Below, piece by piece: positions 13,701-27,900 of a DNA stretch of 64,000 nt (position 1 is the stretch's first letter; the number at the start of each line of letters is the position of its first letter). Position numbers and translations under genes: made by a program. Location: assembly GCF_009914755.1 (NCBI RefSeq), contig NC_060948.1, one strand, 5' to 3'. The notes below the pieces were generated by a model that was not told the origin of the DNA, made no database searches, and saw only the letters and a program-made list of their open reading frames with translations. Source of the DNA: the human T2T-CHM13v2.0 reference genome, Homo sapiens.

Positions 13701-14271
13701 ACTCGAATGGAATGGACTGCAATAGAAAGGATTCGAATGGAATGAAAAAGAATTGAATGGAATAGAACAGAATGGAATCAAATCGAATGAAATGGAATGG
13801 AATAGAAAGGAATGGAATGAAATGGAATGGAAAGGATTCGAATGGAATGCAATCGAATGGAATGGAATCGAACGGAATGGAATAAAATGGAAGAAAACTG
13901 GCAAGAAATGGAATCGAAATGAATGGAGTGTTATGGAACGGACTCAAAAGGAATTGAATGTAATAGAATGGAGTGGAGTGGACTCGAATATAATGGACTG
14001 GAATGGAATGAAATCACATGGAATGGGAACGAATGGAATGGAATGGAAAGGAATGGAATCGAATGGAAAGGAATCGAATGGAAGGGAATGAAATTGAATC
14101 AACAGGAATGGAAGGGAATAGAATAGACGGTAATGGAATGGACTCGAATAGAATGGACACGAATGCTCAAATTGAATGGACTCGAATGGAATGGAAACGA
14201 AAGGAATGTCATCGAATGGAATTGAATCGATTGGAATGAAATCGTGTAGAATGGAGTGGAATGAAATGGAA
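10713..14271 (+). repeat. DYZ1 unit U4 (3,559 bp; HaeIII/StuI site lost)
   Basis: Spacing 11126 to 14685; CAGGTCTGG at 11761. Confidence 0.95.
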
Positions 14272-17200
14272 TTGAATCGAAAGGAAAGGAAGCAAATGGA
14301 CTGAAATGAAATGGAATGGAATTGAATAGAAAGTTATGTAATGGAATAGAATGGAACGAAATTTCACGGAATGGAATCAAACTGAATGGAATCAAATCAA
14401 TGGAATCAAATCAAATGGAATGGATAGGAATTGAATGGAGTAGATTGGATTGGATGGGATTGGAATGAAATGTACTGGAAAGGACTCGAATTTCATGAAA
14501 CGGAATGGAATGAATTGGAACGGAACGGACTCGAATGGAATGGAATGTCATGGAATGGCATCAAATGGAATGGCATCAAATGGAATGGAATCGAATGCAA
14601 TGGAATGCTATGGAATGGAATGGAATGCATTGGAATGGAATGTCCTCTAATGGAATGGATTCGAGTGGAATGGAATCGAATATAATGGAGTCGAATGAAA
14701 TGGAATTGAAAGGAATGGGATCGAATACAATGGAATATACTGGAATGTAATGTAATGAACTCGAATGTAATTGACTGGAATGGAATGTACATGAATGGAA
14801 TGTAATCGAATGGAAAGTAATCCAATGGAATAGAATCTAATGCAATAAAATCGACTCAGATAGAGTAGAATGTAATGGAATGGAGTGCAGTGCAATGGAA
14901 TGGAAAGGAATGGAATGCAATGGAATGGAATGGAATGGAATGGAATGGAACGGAATGGAATGGTGTGGAATGGATAGTAATGGACTGGAGTGAAATGGAC
15001 TGGAAAGGAATGGACTCAAATTGAAAGGGCTCGAAAGGAATGGAGTCAAATGGAATGGTCTGGAATGGAATGAACACGAAGGTAATGCAATCCAATAGAA
15101 TGGAATCGAATGGCATGGAATATAAAGAAATGGAATCGAAGAGAATGGAAACAAATGGAATGGAATTGAGTGGAATGGAATTGAATGGAATGGGAACGAA
15201 TGGAGTGAAATTGTATGCAGTAGAAGAGAATAGAATGGAATGCAAGCGAAAGGAAAGGAATGGATTGGAATGGAATGGAATTCATTGGAATGGAAGGGAA
15301 TGTAGTGTAATGGACAGGCCTGGAATAAAGTGGAATGCTACGGTCTCGAATGGAATAAAAATGTATGGAATGGAATGCAATGAAACGGAATCGAATGTCA
15401 TAGAATGTAATGGAATGCAAAAAAATGGAATCCAAAATCATTGACTGGAAAGGCTGGGTGTCGAAAGGAATTGACTCCAATGGAATGGAATCGAATGGAA
15501 TGGAAGTGAATAGAATCGAACTAAATCGAATGGAATGGAATTGATAGGAACGGAATGGAAAGGAATGCAATGATTTGGCATGGAATGGAATCGAATGGCA
15601 TCGAATGGAATGGAATGGAATGCAATGGAATGGAATGTATTAGAATGTAATGAACTTTAATGGAATGTACTCGAATGGATTCGACTGGAATGGAATGTTC
15701 TGGAAGTGAATGGACTCCAATGGAATGGATTCAAAAGGAATGGAATCTAATGGAATGGAATTAAATGGAAATGAATCAAATTGAATAGCACGGAATTGAA
15801 TTGAATGAAATGGAATGCAATGGAATCTAATGAAACGGAAAGGAAAGGAATGGAATGGAATGGAATGGGCTGGAATGGAAAGGAATCGAAACGAATGGAA
15901 TGGAATCGAACTGAAGAGACTGGAATGGAATGCACTGGAATGGAAGGGAGTGTAATGGAAGGTTCTCGAAAAAAATGGAATTGAATGGAATGGAATTGAA
16001 TGGAACGGAATAGAGTCGAATGGAATTGAATGGAATGGAATGGACTAGAGTGAAATGGAATCGAACCACAAGGAATGGACAGGAATAGAATGGTCTCGAA
16101 TTGAATGGAATCGTATGGAATGGCATCAAACGGAATGGAATGGACAGCCACGGAATGGAATGCACTCGAATGCAATGGAGTCGAAACTTATGGACTGGAA
16201 TAGAATGGACTCGACTGGTACGGACTCCAATGGAATGGAATCGAATGGAAGGGAATCGAACGGAATGGACTCGAAGGGAAAAGACTGCAATGGAAAGGTC
16301 TCGAATGGAATGGAAATTAATGGAATGGAATGGAATCGAATGAAATGGAGTCAAAAGGAATGGAATCGAATGGCAAGAAATCGAATGTAATGGAATCGCA
16401 AGGAATTGATGTGAACGGAACGGAATGGAATGGAATCCAAAGGAATGGAATAGAATGGAATGGAATCGAATGGAAAGGACTCGAATGGAAATCACTCGAA
16501 TAGAATGCAATTTAATAAAATAGGATCAAATGTAATGGAATGGAATGGAAAGGAATCGAAACGAAAGGAATGGAGACAGATGGAATGGAATGGAACAGAG
16601 AGCAATGGTATAGAATGGAATGGAATCATCTGGAATGGAATTGAATGGAATGGAATAATATGAAATGGAATGGAATGGAATGGAATGGAATGCCCTTGAA
16701 TTAAATGGACTGGAATGGAATGGACTCGAACAGAGTGGAATGGAAAGTGTTGAGATAGAATGGAATGGACTCCTTTGGAATGGTGTAGTATGCAATGCAA
16801 TCGACTGGCAGGGAATCAAAAGGAATGTAATGGAATGGATTGGACTGGAATGCAATGGACTCGAATAGATTGGAAACGGAATGCAAAGGAATGGAATGGA
16901 ATAGTATGGAATGGAATGGAAAGGAATGGAGTGGAATAGACTAGAGTGGAATGGAATGGACTGGAAAGCAATGGACTGGAATGGAACTTTCTTGAATGGA
17001 CTGGAACCAAACGGAATGGAATGCAATGCAATCAAATGGCATGGAATAAAATAGAATGAAAGAGAATCAAATGGAATTGAATCGAATGGAATCGAATGGA
17101 TTGGAAAGGAATAGAATGGAATGGAATGGAATTGACTCAAATGGAATGGACTAGAATGGAATGGATTCGAATGGAAGGCAAAGGAATGGAATCTATTGGA

Positions 17201-17810
17201 ATGGACTGTAATGGAATGGAATGGAAGGGATTGGAATGGACTCGAATGGAATGGACTGCAATAGAAAGGATTCGAATGGAATGAAAAAGAATTGAATGGA
17301 ATAGAACAGAATGGAATCAAATCGAATGAAATGGAATGGAATAGAAAGGAATGGAATGAAATGGAATGGAAAGGATTCGAATGGAATGCAATCGAATGGA
17401 ATGGAATCGAACGGAATGGAATAAAATGGAAGAAAACTGGCAAGAAATGGAATCGAAATGAATGGAGTGTTATGGAACGGACTCAAAAGGAATTGAATGT
17501 AATAGAATGGAGTGGAGTGGACTCGAATATAATGGACTGGAATGGAATGAAATCACATGGAATGGGAACGAATGGAATGGAATGGAAAGGAATGGAATCG
17601 AATGGAAAGGAATCGAATGGAAGGGAATGAAATTGAATCAACAGGAATGGAAGGGAATAGAATAGACGGTAATGGAATGGACTCGAATAGAATGGACACG
17701 AATGCTCAAATTGAATGGACTCGAATGGAATGGAAACGAAAGGAATGTCATCGAATGGAATTGAATCGATTGGAATGAAATCGCATAGAATGGAGTGGAA
17801 TCAAATGGAA
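14272..17810 (+). repeat. DYZ1 unit U5 (3,539 bp; -15 in tract 1 plus a 15-bp deletion at ~15746)
   Basis: Spacing 14685 to 18224. Confidence 0.95.
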
Positions 17811-20800
17811 TTGAATCGAAAGGAAAGGAAGCGAATGGACTGAAATGAAATGGAATGGAATTGAATGGAAAGTAATGCAATGGAATAGAATGGAACGAAA
17901 TTTCACGGAATGGAATCAAACTGAATGGAATCAAATCAATGGAATCTAATCAAATGGAATGGAAAGGAATTGAATGGAGTAGATTGGATTGGATGGGATT
18001 AGAATGAAATGTACTGGAAAGGACTCGAATTTCATGAAACGGAATGGAATGAATTGGAACGGAATGGACTCGAATGGAATGGAATGTCATGGAATGGCAT
18101 CAAATGGAATGGCATCAAATGGAATGGAATCGAATGCAATGGAATGTTATGGAATGGAATGGAATGCATTGGAATGGAATGTCCTCTAATGGAATGGATT
18201 CGAGTGGAATGGAATCGAATATAATGGAGTCGAATGAAATGGAATTGAAAGGAATGGGATCGAATAGAATGGAATATACTGGAATGTAATGTAATGAACT
18301 CGAATGTAATTGACTGGAATGGAATGTACATGAATGGAAGGTAATCGAATGGAAAGTAATCCAATGGAATAGAATCTAATGCAATAAAACCGACTCAGAT
18401 AGAGTAGAATGTAATGGAATGGAGTGCAGTGCAATGGAATGGAATGGAATTGAATGCAATGGAATGGAATGGAATGGAATGGAATGGAATGGAATGGAAT
18501 GGAATGGGATGGAATGGTATGGAATGGATAGTAATGGACTGGAGTGAAATGGACTGGAAAGGAATGGACTCAAATTGAAAGGGCTCGAAAGGAATGGTGT
18601 CAAATGGAATGGTCTGGAATGGAATGAACACGAATGTAATGCAGTCCAATAGAATGGAATCGAATGGCATGGAATATAAAGAAATGGATTCGAAGAGAAT
18701 GGAAACAAATGGAATGGAATTGAATGGAATGGAATTGAATGGAATGGGAACGAATGGAGTGAAATTGTATGCAGTAGAAGGGAATAGAATGGAATGCAAG
18801 CGAAAGGAAAGGAATGGATTGGAATGGAATGGAATTCATTGGAATGGAAGGGAATGTAGTGTAATGGACAGGCCTGGAATAAAGTGGAATGCTACGGTCT
18901 CGAATGGAATAAAAATGTATGGAATGGAATGCAATGAAATGGAATCGAATGTCATAGAATGTAATGGAATGCAACAAAATGGAATCCAAAATCATTGACT
19001 GGAAAGGCTGGGTGTCGAAAGGAATTGACTCCAATGGAATGGAATCGAATGGAATGGAAGTGAATAGAATCGAACTAAATCGAATGGAATGGAATTGATA
19101 GGAACGGAATGGAAAGGAATGCAATGATTTGGCATGGAATGGAATCGAATGGCATCGAATGGAATGGAATGGAATGCAATGGAATGGAATGTATTAGAAT
19201 GTAATGAACTTTAATGGAATGTACTCGAATGGATTCGACTGGAATGGAATGTTCTGGAAGTGAATGGACTCCAATGGAATGGATTCAAAAGGAATGGAAT
19301 CGTACGGAATGGAATCTAATGGAATGGAATTAAATGGAAATGAATCAAATTGAATAGCACGGAATTGAATTGAATGGAATGGAATGCAATGGAATCTAAT
19401 GAAACGGAAAGGAAAGGAATGGAATGGAATGGAATGGGCTGGAATGGAAAGGAATCGAAACGAATGGAATGGAATCGAACTGAAGAGACTGGAATGGAAT
19501 GCACTGGAATGGAAGGGAGTGTAATGGAAGGTTCTCGAAAATAATGGAATCGAATGGAATGGAATTGAATGGAACGGAATAGAGTCGAATGGAATTGAAT
19601 GGAATGGAATGGACTAGAGTGAAATGGAATCGAACCACAAGGAATGGACAGGAATAGAATGGTCTCGAATTGAATGGAATCGTATGGAATGGCATCAAAC
19701 GGAATGGAATGGACAGCCACGGAATGGAATGCACTCGAATGCAATGGAGTCGAAACTAATGGACTGGAATAGAATGGACTCGACTGGTACGGACTCCAAT
19801 GGAATGGAATCGAATGGAAGGGAATCGAACGGAATGGACTCGAAGGGAAAAGACTGCAATGGAAAGGTCTCGAATGGAATGGAAATTAATGGAATGGAAT
19901 GGAATCGAATGAAATGGAGTCAAAAGGAATGGAATCGAATGGCAAGAAATCGAATGTAATGGAATCGCAAGGAATTGATGTGAACGGAATGGAATGGAAT
20001 GGAATCCAAAGGAATGGAATAGAATGGAATGGAATCGAATGGAAAGGACTCGAATGGAAATCACTCGAATAGAATGCAATTTAATAAAATAGGATCAAAT
20101 GTAATGGAATGGAATGGAAAGGAATCGAAACGAAAGGAATGGAGACAGATGGAATGGAATGGAACAGAGAGCAATGGTATAGAATGGAATGGAATCATCT
20201 GGAATGGAATTGAATGGAATGGAATAATATGAAATGGAATGGAATGGAATGGAATGGAATGCCCTTGAATTAAATGGACTGGAATGGAATGGACTCGAAC
20301 AGAGTGGAATGGAAAGTGTTGAGATAGAATGGAATGGACTCCTTTGGAATGGTCTAGTATGCAATGCAATCGACTGTCAGGGAATCAAAAGGAATGTAAT
20401 CGAATGGATTGGACTGGAATGCAATGGACTCGAATAGATTGGAAACGGAATGCAAAGGAATGGAATGGAATAGTATGGAATGGAATGGAAAGGAATGGAG
20501 TGGAATAGACTAGAGTGGAATGGAATGGACTGGAAAGCAATGGACTGGAATGGAACTTTCTTGGATGGACTGGAATCAAACGGAATGGAATGCAATGTAA
20601 TCAAATGGCATGGAATAAAATAGAATGAAAGAGAATCAAATGGAATTGAATCGAATGGAATCGAATGGATTGTAAAGGAATAGAATGGAATGGAATGGAA
20701 TTGACTCAAATGGAATGGACTAGAATGGAATGGATTCGAATGGAAGGCAAAGGAATGGAATCTATTGGAATGGACTGTAATGGAATGGAATGGAAGGGAT

Positions 20801-21379
20801 TGGAATGGACTCGAATGGAATGGACTGCAATAGAAAGGATTCGAATGGAATGAAAAAGAATTGAATGGAATAGAACAGAATGGAATCAAATCGAATGAAA
20901 TGGAATGGAATAGAAAGGAATGGAATGAAATGGAATGGAAAGGATTCGAATGGAATGCAATCGAATGGAATGGAATCGAACGGAATGGAATAAAATGGAA
21001 GAAAACTGGCAAGAAATGGAATCGAAATGAATGGAGTGTTATGGAACGGACTCAAAAGGAATTGAATGTAATAGAATGGAGTGGAGTGGACTCGAATATA
21101 ATGGACTGGAATGGAATGAAATCACATGGAATGGGAACGAATGGAATGGAATGGAAAGGAATGGAATCGAATGGAAAGGAATCGAATGGAAGGGAATGAA
21201 ATTGAATCAACAGGAATGGAAGGGAATAGAATAGACGGTAATGGAATGGACTCGAATAGAATGGACACGAATGCTCAAATTGAATGGATTCGAATGGAAT
21301 GGAAACGAAAGGAATGTCATCGAATGGAATTGAATCGATTGGAATGAAATCGCATAGAATGGAGTGGAATCAAATGGAA
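17811..21379 (+). repeat. DYZ1 unit U6 (3,569 bp; intermediate between U2-like and right-hand subfamily)
   Basis: Spacing 18224 to 21793; mixed diagnostic variants. Confidence 0.93.
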
Positions 21380-24300
21380 TTGAATCGAAAGGAAAGGAAG
21401 CGAATGGACTGAAATGAAATGGAATGGAATTGAATGGAAAGTAATGCAATGGAATAGAATGGAACGAAATTTCACGGAATGGAATCAAACTGAATGGAAT
21501 CAAATCAATGGAATCTAATCAAATGGAATGGAAAGGAATTGAATGGAGTAGATTGGATTGGATGGGATTGGAATGAAATGTACTGGAAAGGACTCGAATT
21601 TCATGAAACGGAATGGAATGAATTGGAACGGAATGGACTCGAATGGAATGGAATGTCATGGAATGGCATCGAATGGAATGGCATCAAATGGAATGGAATC
21701 GAATGCAATGGAATGTTATGGAATGGAATGGAATGCATTGGAATGGAATGTCCTCTAATGGAATGGATTCGAGTGGAATGGAATCGAATATAATGGAGTC
21801 GAATGAAATGGAATTGAAAGGAATGGGATCGAATAGAATGGAATATACTGGAATGTAATGTAATGAACACGAATGTAATTGACTGGAATGGAATGTACAT
21901 GAATGGAAGGTAATCGAATGGAAAGTAATCCAATGGAATAGAATCTAATGCAATAAAACCGAATCAGATAGAGTAGAATGTAATGGAATGGAGTGCAGTG
22001 CAATGGAATGGAATGGAATTGAATGCAATGGAATGGAATGGAATGGAATGGAATGGAATGGAATGGTATGGAATGGATAGTAATGGACTGGAGTGAAATG
22101 GACTGGAGTGAAATGGACTGGAAAGGAATGGACTCAAATTGAAAGGGCTCGAAAGGAATGGAGTCAAATGGAATGGTCTGGAATGGAATGAACACGAATG
22201 TAATGCAATCCAATAGAATGGAATCGAATGGCATGGAATATAAAGAAATGGAATCGAAGAGAATGGAAACAAATGGAATGGAATTGAATGGAATGGAATT
22301 GAATGGAATGGGAACGAATGGAGTGAAATTGTATGCAGTAGAAGGGAATAGAATGGAATGCAAGCGAAAGGAAAGGAATGGATTGGAATGGAATGGAATT
22401 CATTGGAATGGAAGGGAATGTAGTGTAATGGACAGGCCTGGAATAAAGTGGAATGCTACGGTCTCGAATGGAATAAAAATGTATGGAATGGAATGCAATG
22501 AAACGGAATCGAATGTCATAGAATGTAATGGAATGCAACAAAATGGAATCCAAAATCATTGACTGGAAAGGCTGGGTGTCGAAAGGAATTGACTCCAATG
22601 GAATGGAATAGAATGGAATGGAAGTGAATAGAATCGAACTAAATCGAATGGAATGGAATTGATAGGAACGGAATGGAAAGGAATGCAATGATTTGGCATG
22701 GAATGGAATCGAATGGCATCGAATGGAATGGAATGGAATGGAATGCAATGGAATGGAATGTATTAGAATGTAATGAACTTTAATGGAATGTACTCGAATG
22801 GATTCGACTGGAATGGAATGTTCTGGAAGTGAATGGACTCCAATGGAATGGATTCAAAAGGAATGGAATTGTACGGAATGGAATCTAATGGAATGGAATT
22901 AAATGGAAATGAATCAAATTGAATAGCACGGAATTGAATTGAATGGAATGGAATGCAATGGAATCTAATGAAACGGAAAGGAAAGGAATGGAATGGAATG
23001 GAATGGGCTGGAATGGAAAGGAATCGAAACGAATGGAATGGAATCGAACTGAAGAGACTGGAATGGAATGCACTGGAATGGAAGGGAGTGTAATGGAAGG
23101 TTCTCGAAAAAAATGGAATCGAATGGAATGGAATTGAATGGAACGGAATAGAGTCGAATGGAATTGAATGGAATGGAATGGACTAGAGTGAAATGGAAAC
23201 GAACCACAAGGAATGGACAGGAATAGAATGGTCTCGAATTGAATGGAATCGTATGGAATGGCATCAAACGGAATGGAATGGACAGCCACGGAATGGAATG
23301 CACTCGAATGCAATGGAGTCGAAACTAATGGACTTTAATAGAATGGACTCGACTGGTACGGACTCCAATGGAATGGAATCGAATGGAAGGGAATCGAACG
23401 GAATGGACTCGAAGGGAAAAGACTGCAATGGAAAGGTCTCGAATGGAATGGAAATTAATGGAATGGAATGGAATCGAATGAAATGGAGTCAAAAGGAATG
23501 GAATCGAATGGCAAGAAATCGAATGTAATGGAATCGCAAGGAATTGATGTGAACGGAACGGAATGGAATGGAATCCAAAGGAATGGAATAGAATGGAATG
23601 GAATCGAATGGAAAGGACTCGAATGGAAATCACTCGAATAGAATGCAATTTAATAAAATAGGATCAAATGTAATGGAATGGAATGGAAAGGAATCGAAAC
23701 GAAAGGAATGGAGACAGTTGGAATGGAATAGAACAGCGAGCAATGGTATAGAATGGAATGGAATCATCTGGAATGGAATTGAATGGAATGGAATAATATG
23801 AAATGGAATGGAATGGAATGGAATGGAATGCCCTTGAATTAAATGGACTGGAATGGAATGGACTCGAACAGAGTGGAATGGAAAGTGTTGAGATAGAATG
23901 GAATGGACTCCTTTGGAATGGTGTAGTATGCAATGCAATCGACTGGCAGGGAATCAAATGGAATGTAATCGAATGGATTGGACTGGAATGCAATGGACTC
24001 GAATAGATTGCAAACGGAATGCAAAGGAATGGAATGGAATAGTATGGAATGGAATGGAAAGGAATGGAGTGGAATAGACTAGAGTGGAATGGAATGGACT
24101 GGAAAGCAATGGACTGGAATGGAACTTTCTTGAATGGACTGGAATCAAACGGAATGGAATGCAATGCAATCAAATGGCATGGAATAAAATAGAATGAAAG
24201 AGAATCAAATGGAATTGAATCGAATGGAATCGAATGGATTGGAAAGGAATAGAATGGAATGGAATGGAATGGACTCAAATGGAATGGACTAGAATGGAAT

Positions 24301-24948
24301 GGATTCGAATGGAAGGCAAAGGAATGGAATCTATTGGAATGGACTGTAATGGAATGGAATGGAAGGGATTGGAATGGACTCGAATGGAATGGACTGCAAT
24401 AGAAAGGATTCGAATGGAATGAAAAAGAATTGAATGGAATAGAACAGAATGGAATCAAATCGAATGAAATGGAATGGAATAGAAAGGAATGGAATGAAAT
24501 GGAATGGAAAGGATTCGAATGGAATGCAATCGAATGGAATGGAATCGAACGGAATGGAATAAAATGGAAGAAAACTGGCAAGAAATGGAATCGAAATGAA
24601 TGGAGTGTTATGGAACGGACTCAAAAGGAATTGAATGTAATAGAATGGAGTGGAGTGGACTCGAATATAATGGACTGGAATGGAATGAAATCACATGGAA
24701 TGGGAACGAATGGAATGGAATGGAAAGGAATGGAATCGAATGGAAAGGAATCGAATGGAAGGGAATGAAATTGAATCAACAGGAATGGAAGGGAATAGAA
24801 TAGACGGTAATGGAATGGACTCGAATAGAATGGACACGAATGCTCAAATTGAATGGACTCGAATGGAATGGAAACGAAAGGAATGTCATCGAATGGAATT
24901 GAATCGATTGGAATGAAATCGCATAGAATGGAGTGGAATCAAATGGAA
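21380..24948 (+). repeat. DYZ1 unit U7 (3,569 bp; -20/+15/+5 indels; chimeric)
   Basis: Spacing 21793 to 25362; 15-bp duplication at 22082-22111. Confidence 0.93.
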
Positions 24949-27900
24949 TTGAATCGAAAGGAAAGGAAGCGAATGGACTGAAATGAAATGGAATGGAATT
25001 GAATGGAAAGTAATGCAATGGAATAGAATGGAACGAAATTTCACGGAATGGAATCAAACTGAATGGAATCAAATCAATGGAATCAAATCAAATGGAATGG
25101 AAAGGAATTGAATGGAGTAGATTGGATTGGATGGGATTGGAATGAAATGTACTGGAAAGGACTCGAATTTCATGAAACGGAATGGAATGAATTGGAACGG
25201 AATGGACTCGAATGGAATGGAATGTCATGGAATGGCATCAAATGGAATGGCATCAAATGGAATGGAATCGAATGCAATGGAATGCTATGGAATGGAATGG
25301 AATGCATTGGAATGGAATGTCCTCTAATGGAATGGATTCGAGTGGAATGGAATCGAATATAATGGAGTCGAATGAAATGGAATTGAAAGGAATGGGATCG
25401 AATACAATGGAATATACTGGAATGTAATGTAATGAACTCGAATGTAATTGACTGGAATGGAATGTACGTGAATGGAATATAATCGAATGGAAAGTAATCC
25501 AATGGAATAGAATCTAATGCAATAAAATCGACTCAGATAGAGTAGAATGTAATGGAAAGGAGTGCAGTGCAATGGAATGGAATGGAATGGAATGCAATTG
25601 AATGGAATGGAATGGAATGGAATGGAATGTAATGGGATGGAATGGTATGGAATGGATAGTAATGGACTGGAGTGAAATGGACTGGAAAGGAATATACTCA
25701 AATTGAAAGGGCTCGAAAGGAATGGAGTCAACTGGAATGGTCTGGAATGGAATGAACACGAATGTAATGCAATCCAATAGAATGGAATCGAATGGCATGG
25801 AATATAAAGAAATGGAATCGGAGAGAATGGAAACAAATGGAATGGAAATGAATGGAATGGAATTGAATGGAATGGGAACGAATGGAGTGAAATTGTATGC
25901 AGTAGAAGGGAATAGAATGGAATGCAAGCGAAAGGAAAGGAATGGATTGGAATGGAATGGAATTCATTGGAATGGAAGGGAATGTAGTGTAATGGACAGG
26001 CCTGGAATAAAGTGGAATGCTACGGTCTCGAATGGAATAAAAATGTATGGAATGGAATGCAATGAAATGGAATCGAATGTCATAGAATGTAATGGAATGC
26101 AACAAAATGGAATCCAATATCATTGACTGGAAAGGCTGGGTGTCGAAAGGAATTGACTCCAATGGAATGGAATCGAATGGAATGGAAGTGAATAGAATCG
26201 AACTAAATCGAATGGAATGGAATTGATAGGAACGGAATGGAAAGGAATGCAATGATTTGGCATGGAATGGAATCGAATGGCATCGAATGGAATGGAATGG
26301 AATGCAATGGAATGGAATGTATTAGAATGTAATGAACTTTAATGGAATGTACTCGAATGGATTCGACTGGAATGGAATGTTCTGGAAGTGAATGGACTCC
26401 AATGGAATGGATTCAAAAGGAATGGAATCGTACGGAATGGAATCTAATGGAATGGAATTAAATGGAAATGAATCAAATTGAATAGCACGGAATTGAATTG
26501 AATGGAATGGAATGCAATGGAATCTAATGAAACGGAAAGGAAAGGAATGGAATGGAATGGAATGGGCTGGAATGGAAAGGAATCGAAACGAATGGAATGG
26601 AATCGAACTGAAGAGACTGGAATGGAATGCACTGGAATGGAAGGGAGTGTAATGGAAGGTTCTCGAAAAAAATGGAATCGAATGGAATGGAATTGAATGG
26701 AACGGAATAGAGTCGAATGGAATTGAATGGAATGGAATGGACTAGAGTGAAATGGAATCGAACCACAAGGAATGGAGAGGAATAGAATGGTCTCGAATTG
26801 AATGGAATCGTATGGAATGGCATCAAACGGAATGGAATGGACAGCCACGGAATGGAATGCACTCGAATGCAATGGAGTCGAAACTAATGGACTGGAATAG
26901 AATGGACTCGACTGGTACGGACTCCAATGGAATGGAATCGAATGGAAGGGAATCGAACGGAATGGACTCGAAGGGAAAAGACTGCAATGGAAAGGTCTCG
27001 AATGGAATGGAAATTAATGGAATGGAATGGAATCGAATGAAATGGAGTCAAAAGGAATGGAATCGAATGGCAAGAAATCGAATGTAATGGAATCGCAAGG
27101 AATTGATGTGAACGGAACGGAATGGAATGGAATCCAAAGGAATGGAATAGAATGGAATGGAATCGAATGGAAAGGACTCGAATGGAAATCACTCGAATAG
27201 AATGCAATTTAATAAAATAGGATCAAATGTAATGGAATGGAATGGAAAGGAATCGAAACGAAAGGAATGGAGACAGATGGAATGGAATGGAACAGAGAGC
27301 AATGGTATAGAATGGAATGGAATCATCTGGAATGGAATTGAATGGAATGGAATAATATGAAATGGAATGGAATGGAATGGAATGGAATGGAATGCCCTTG
27401 AATTAAATGGACTGGAATGGAATGGACTCGAACAGAGTGGAATGGAAAGTGTTGAGATAGAATGGAATGGACTCCTTTGGAATGGTCTAGTATGCAATGC
27501 AATCGACTGTCAGGGAATCAAAAGGAATGTAATCGAATGGATTGGACTGGAATGCAATGGACTCGAATAGATTGGAAACGGAATGCAAAGGAATGGAATG
27601 GAATAGTATGGAATGGAATGGAAAGGAATGGAGTGGAATAGACTAGAGTGGAATGGAATGGACTGGAAAGCAATGGACTGGAATGGAACTTTCTTGAATG
27701 GACTGGAATCAAACGGAATGGAATGCAATGCAATCAAATGGCATGGAATAAAATAGAATGAAAGAGAATGAAATGGAATTGAATCGAATGGAATCGAATG
27801 GATTGTAAAGGAATAGAATGGAATGGAATGGAATTGACTCAAATGGAATGGACTAGAATGGAATGGATTCGAATGGAAGGCAAAGGAATGGAATCTATTG

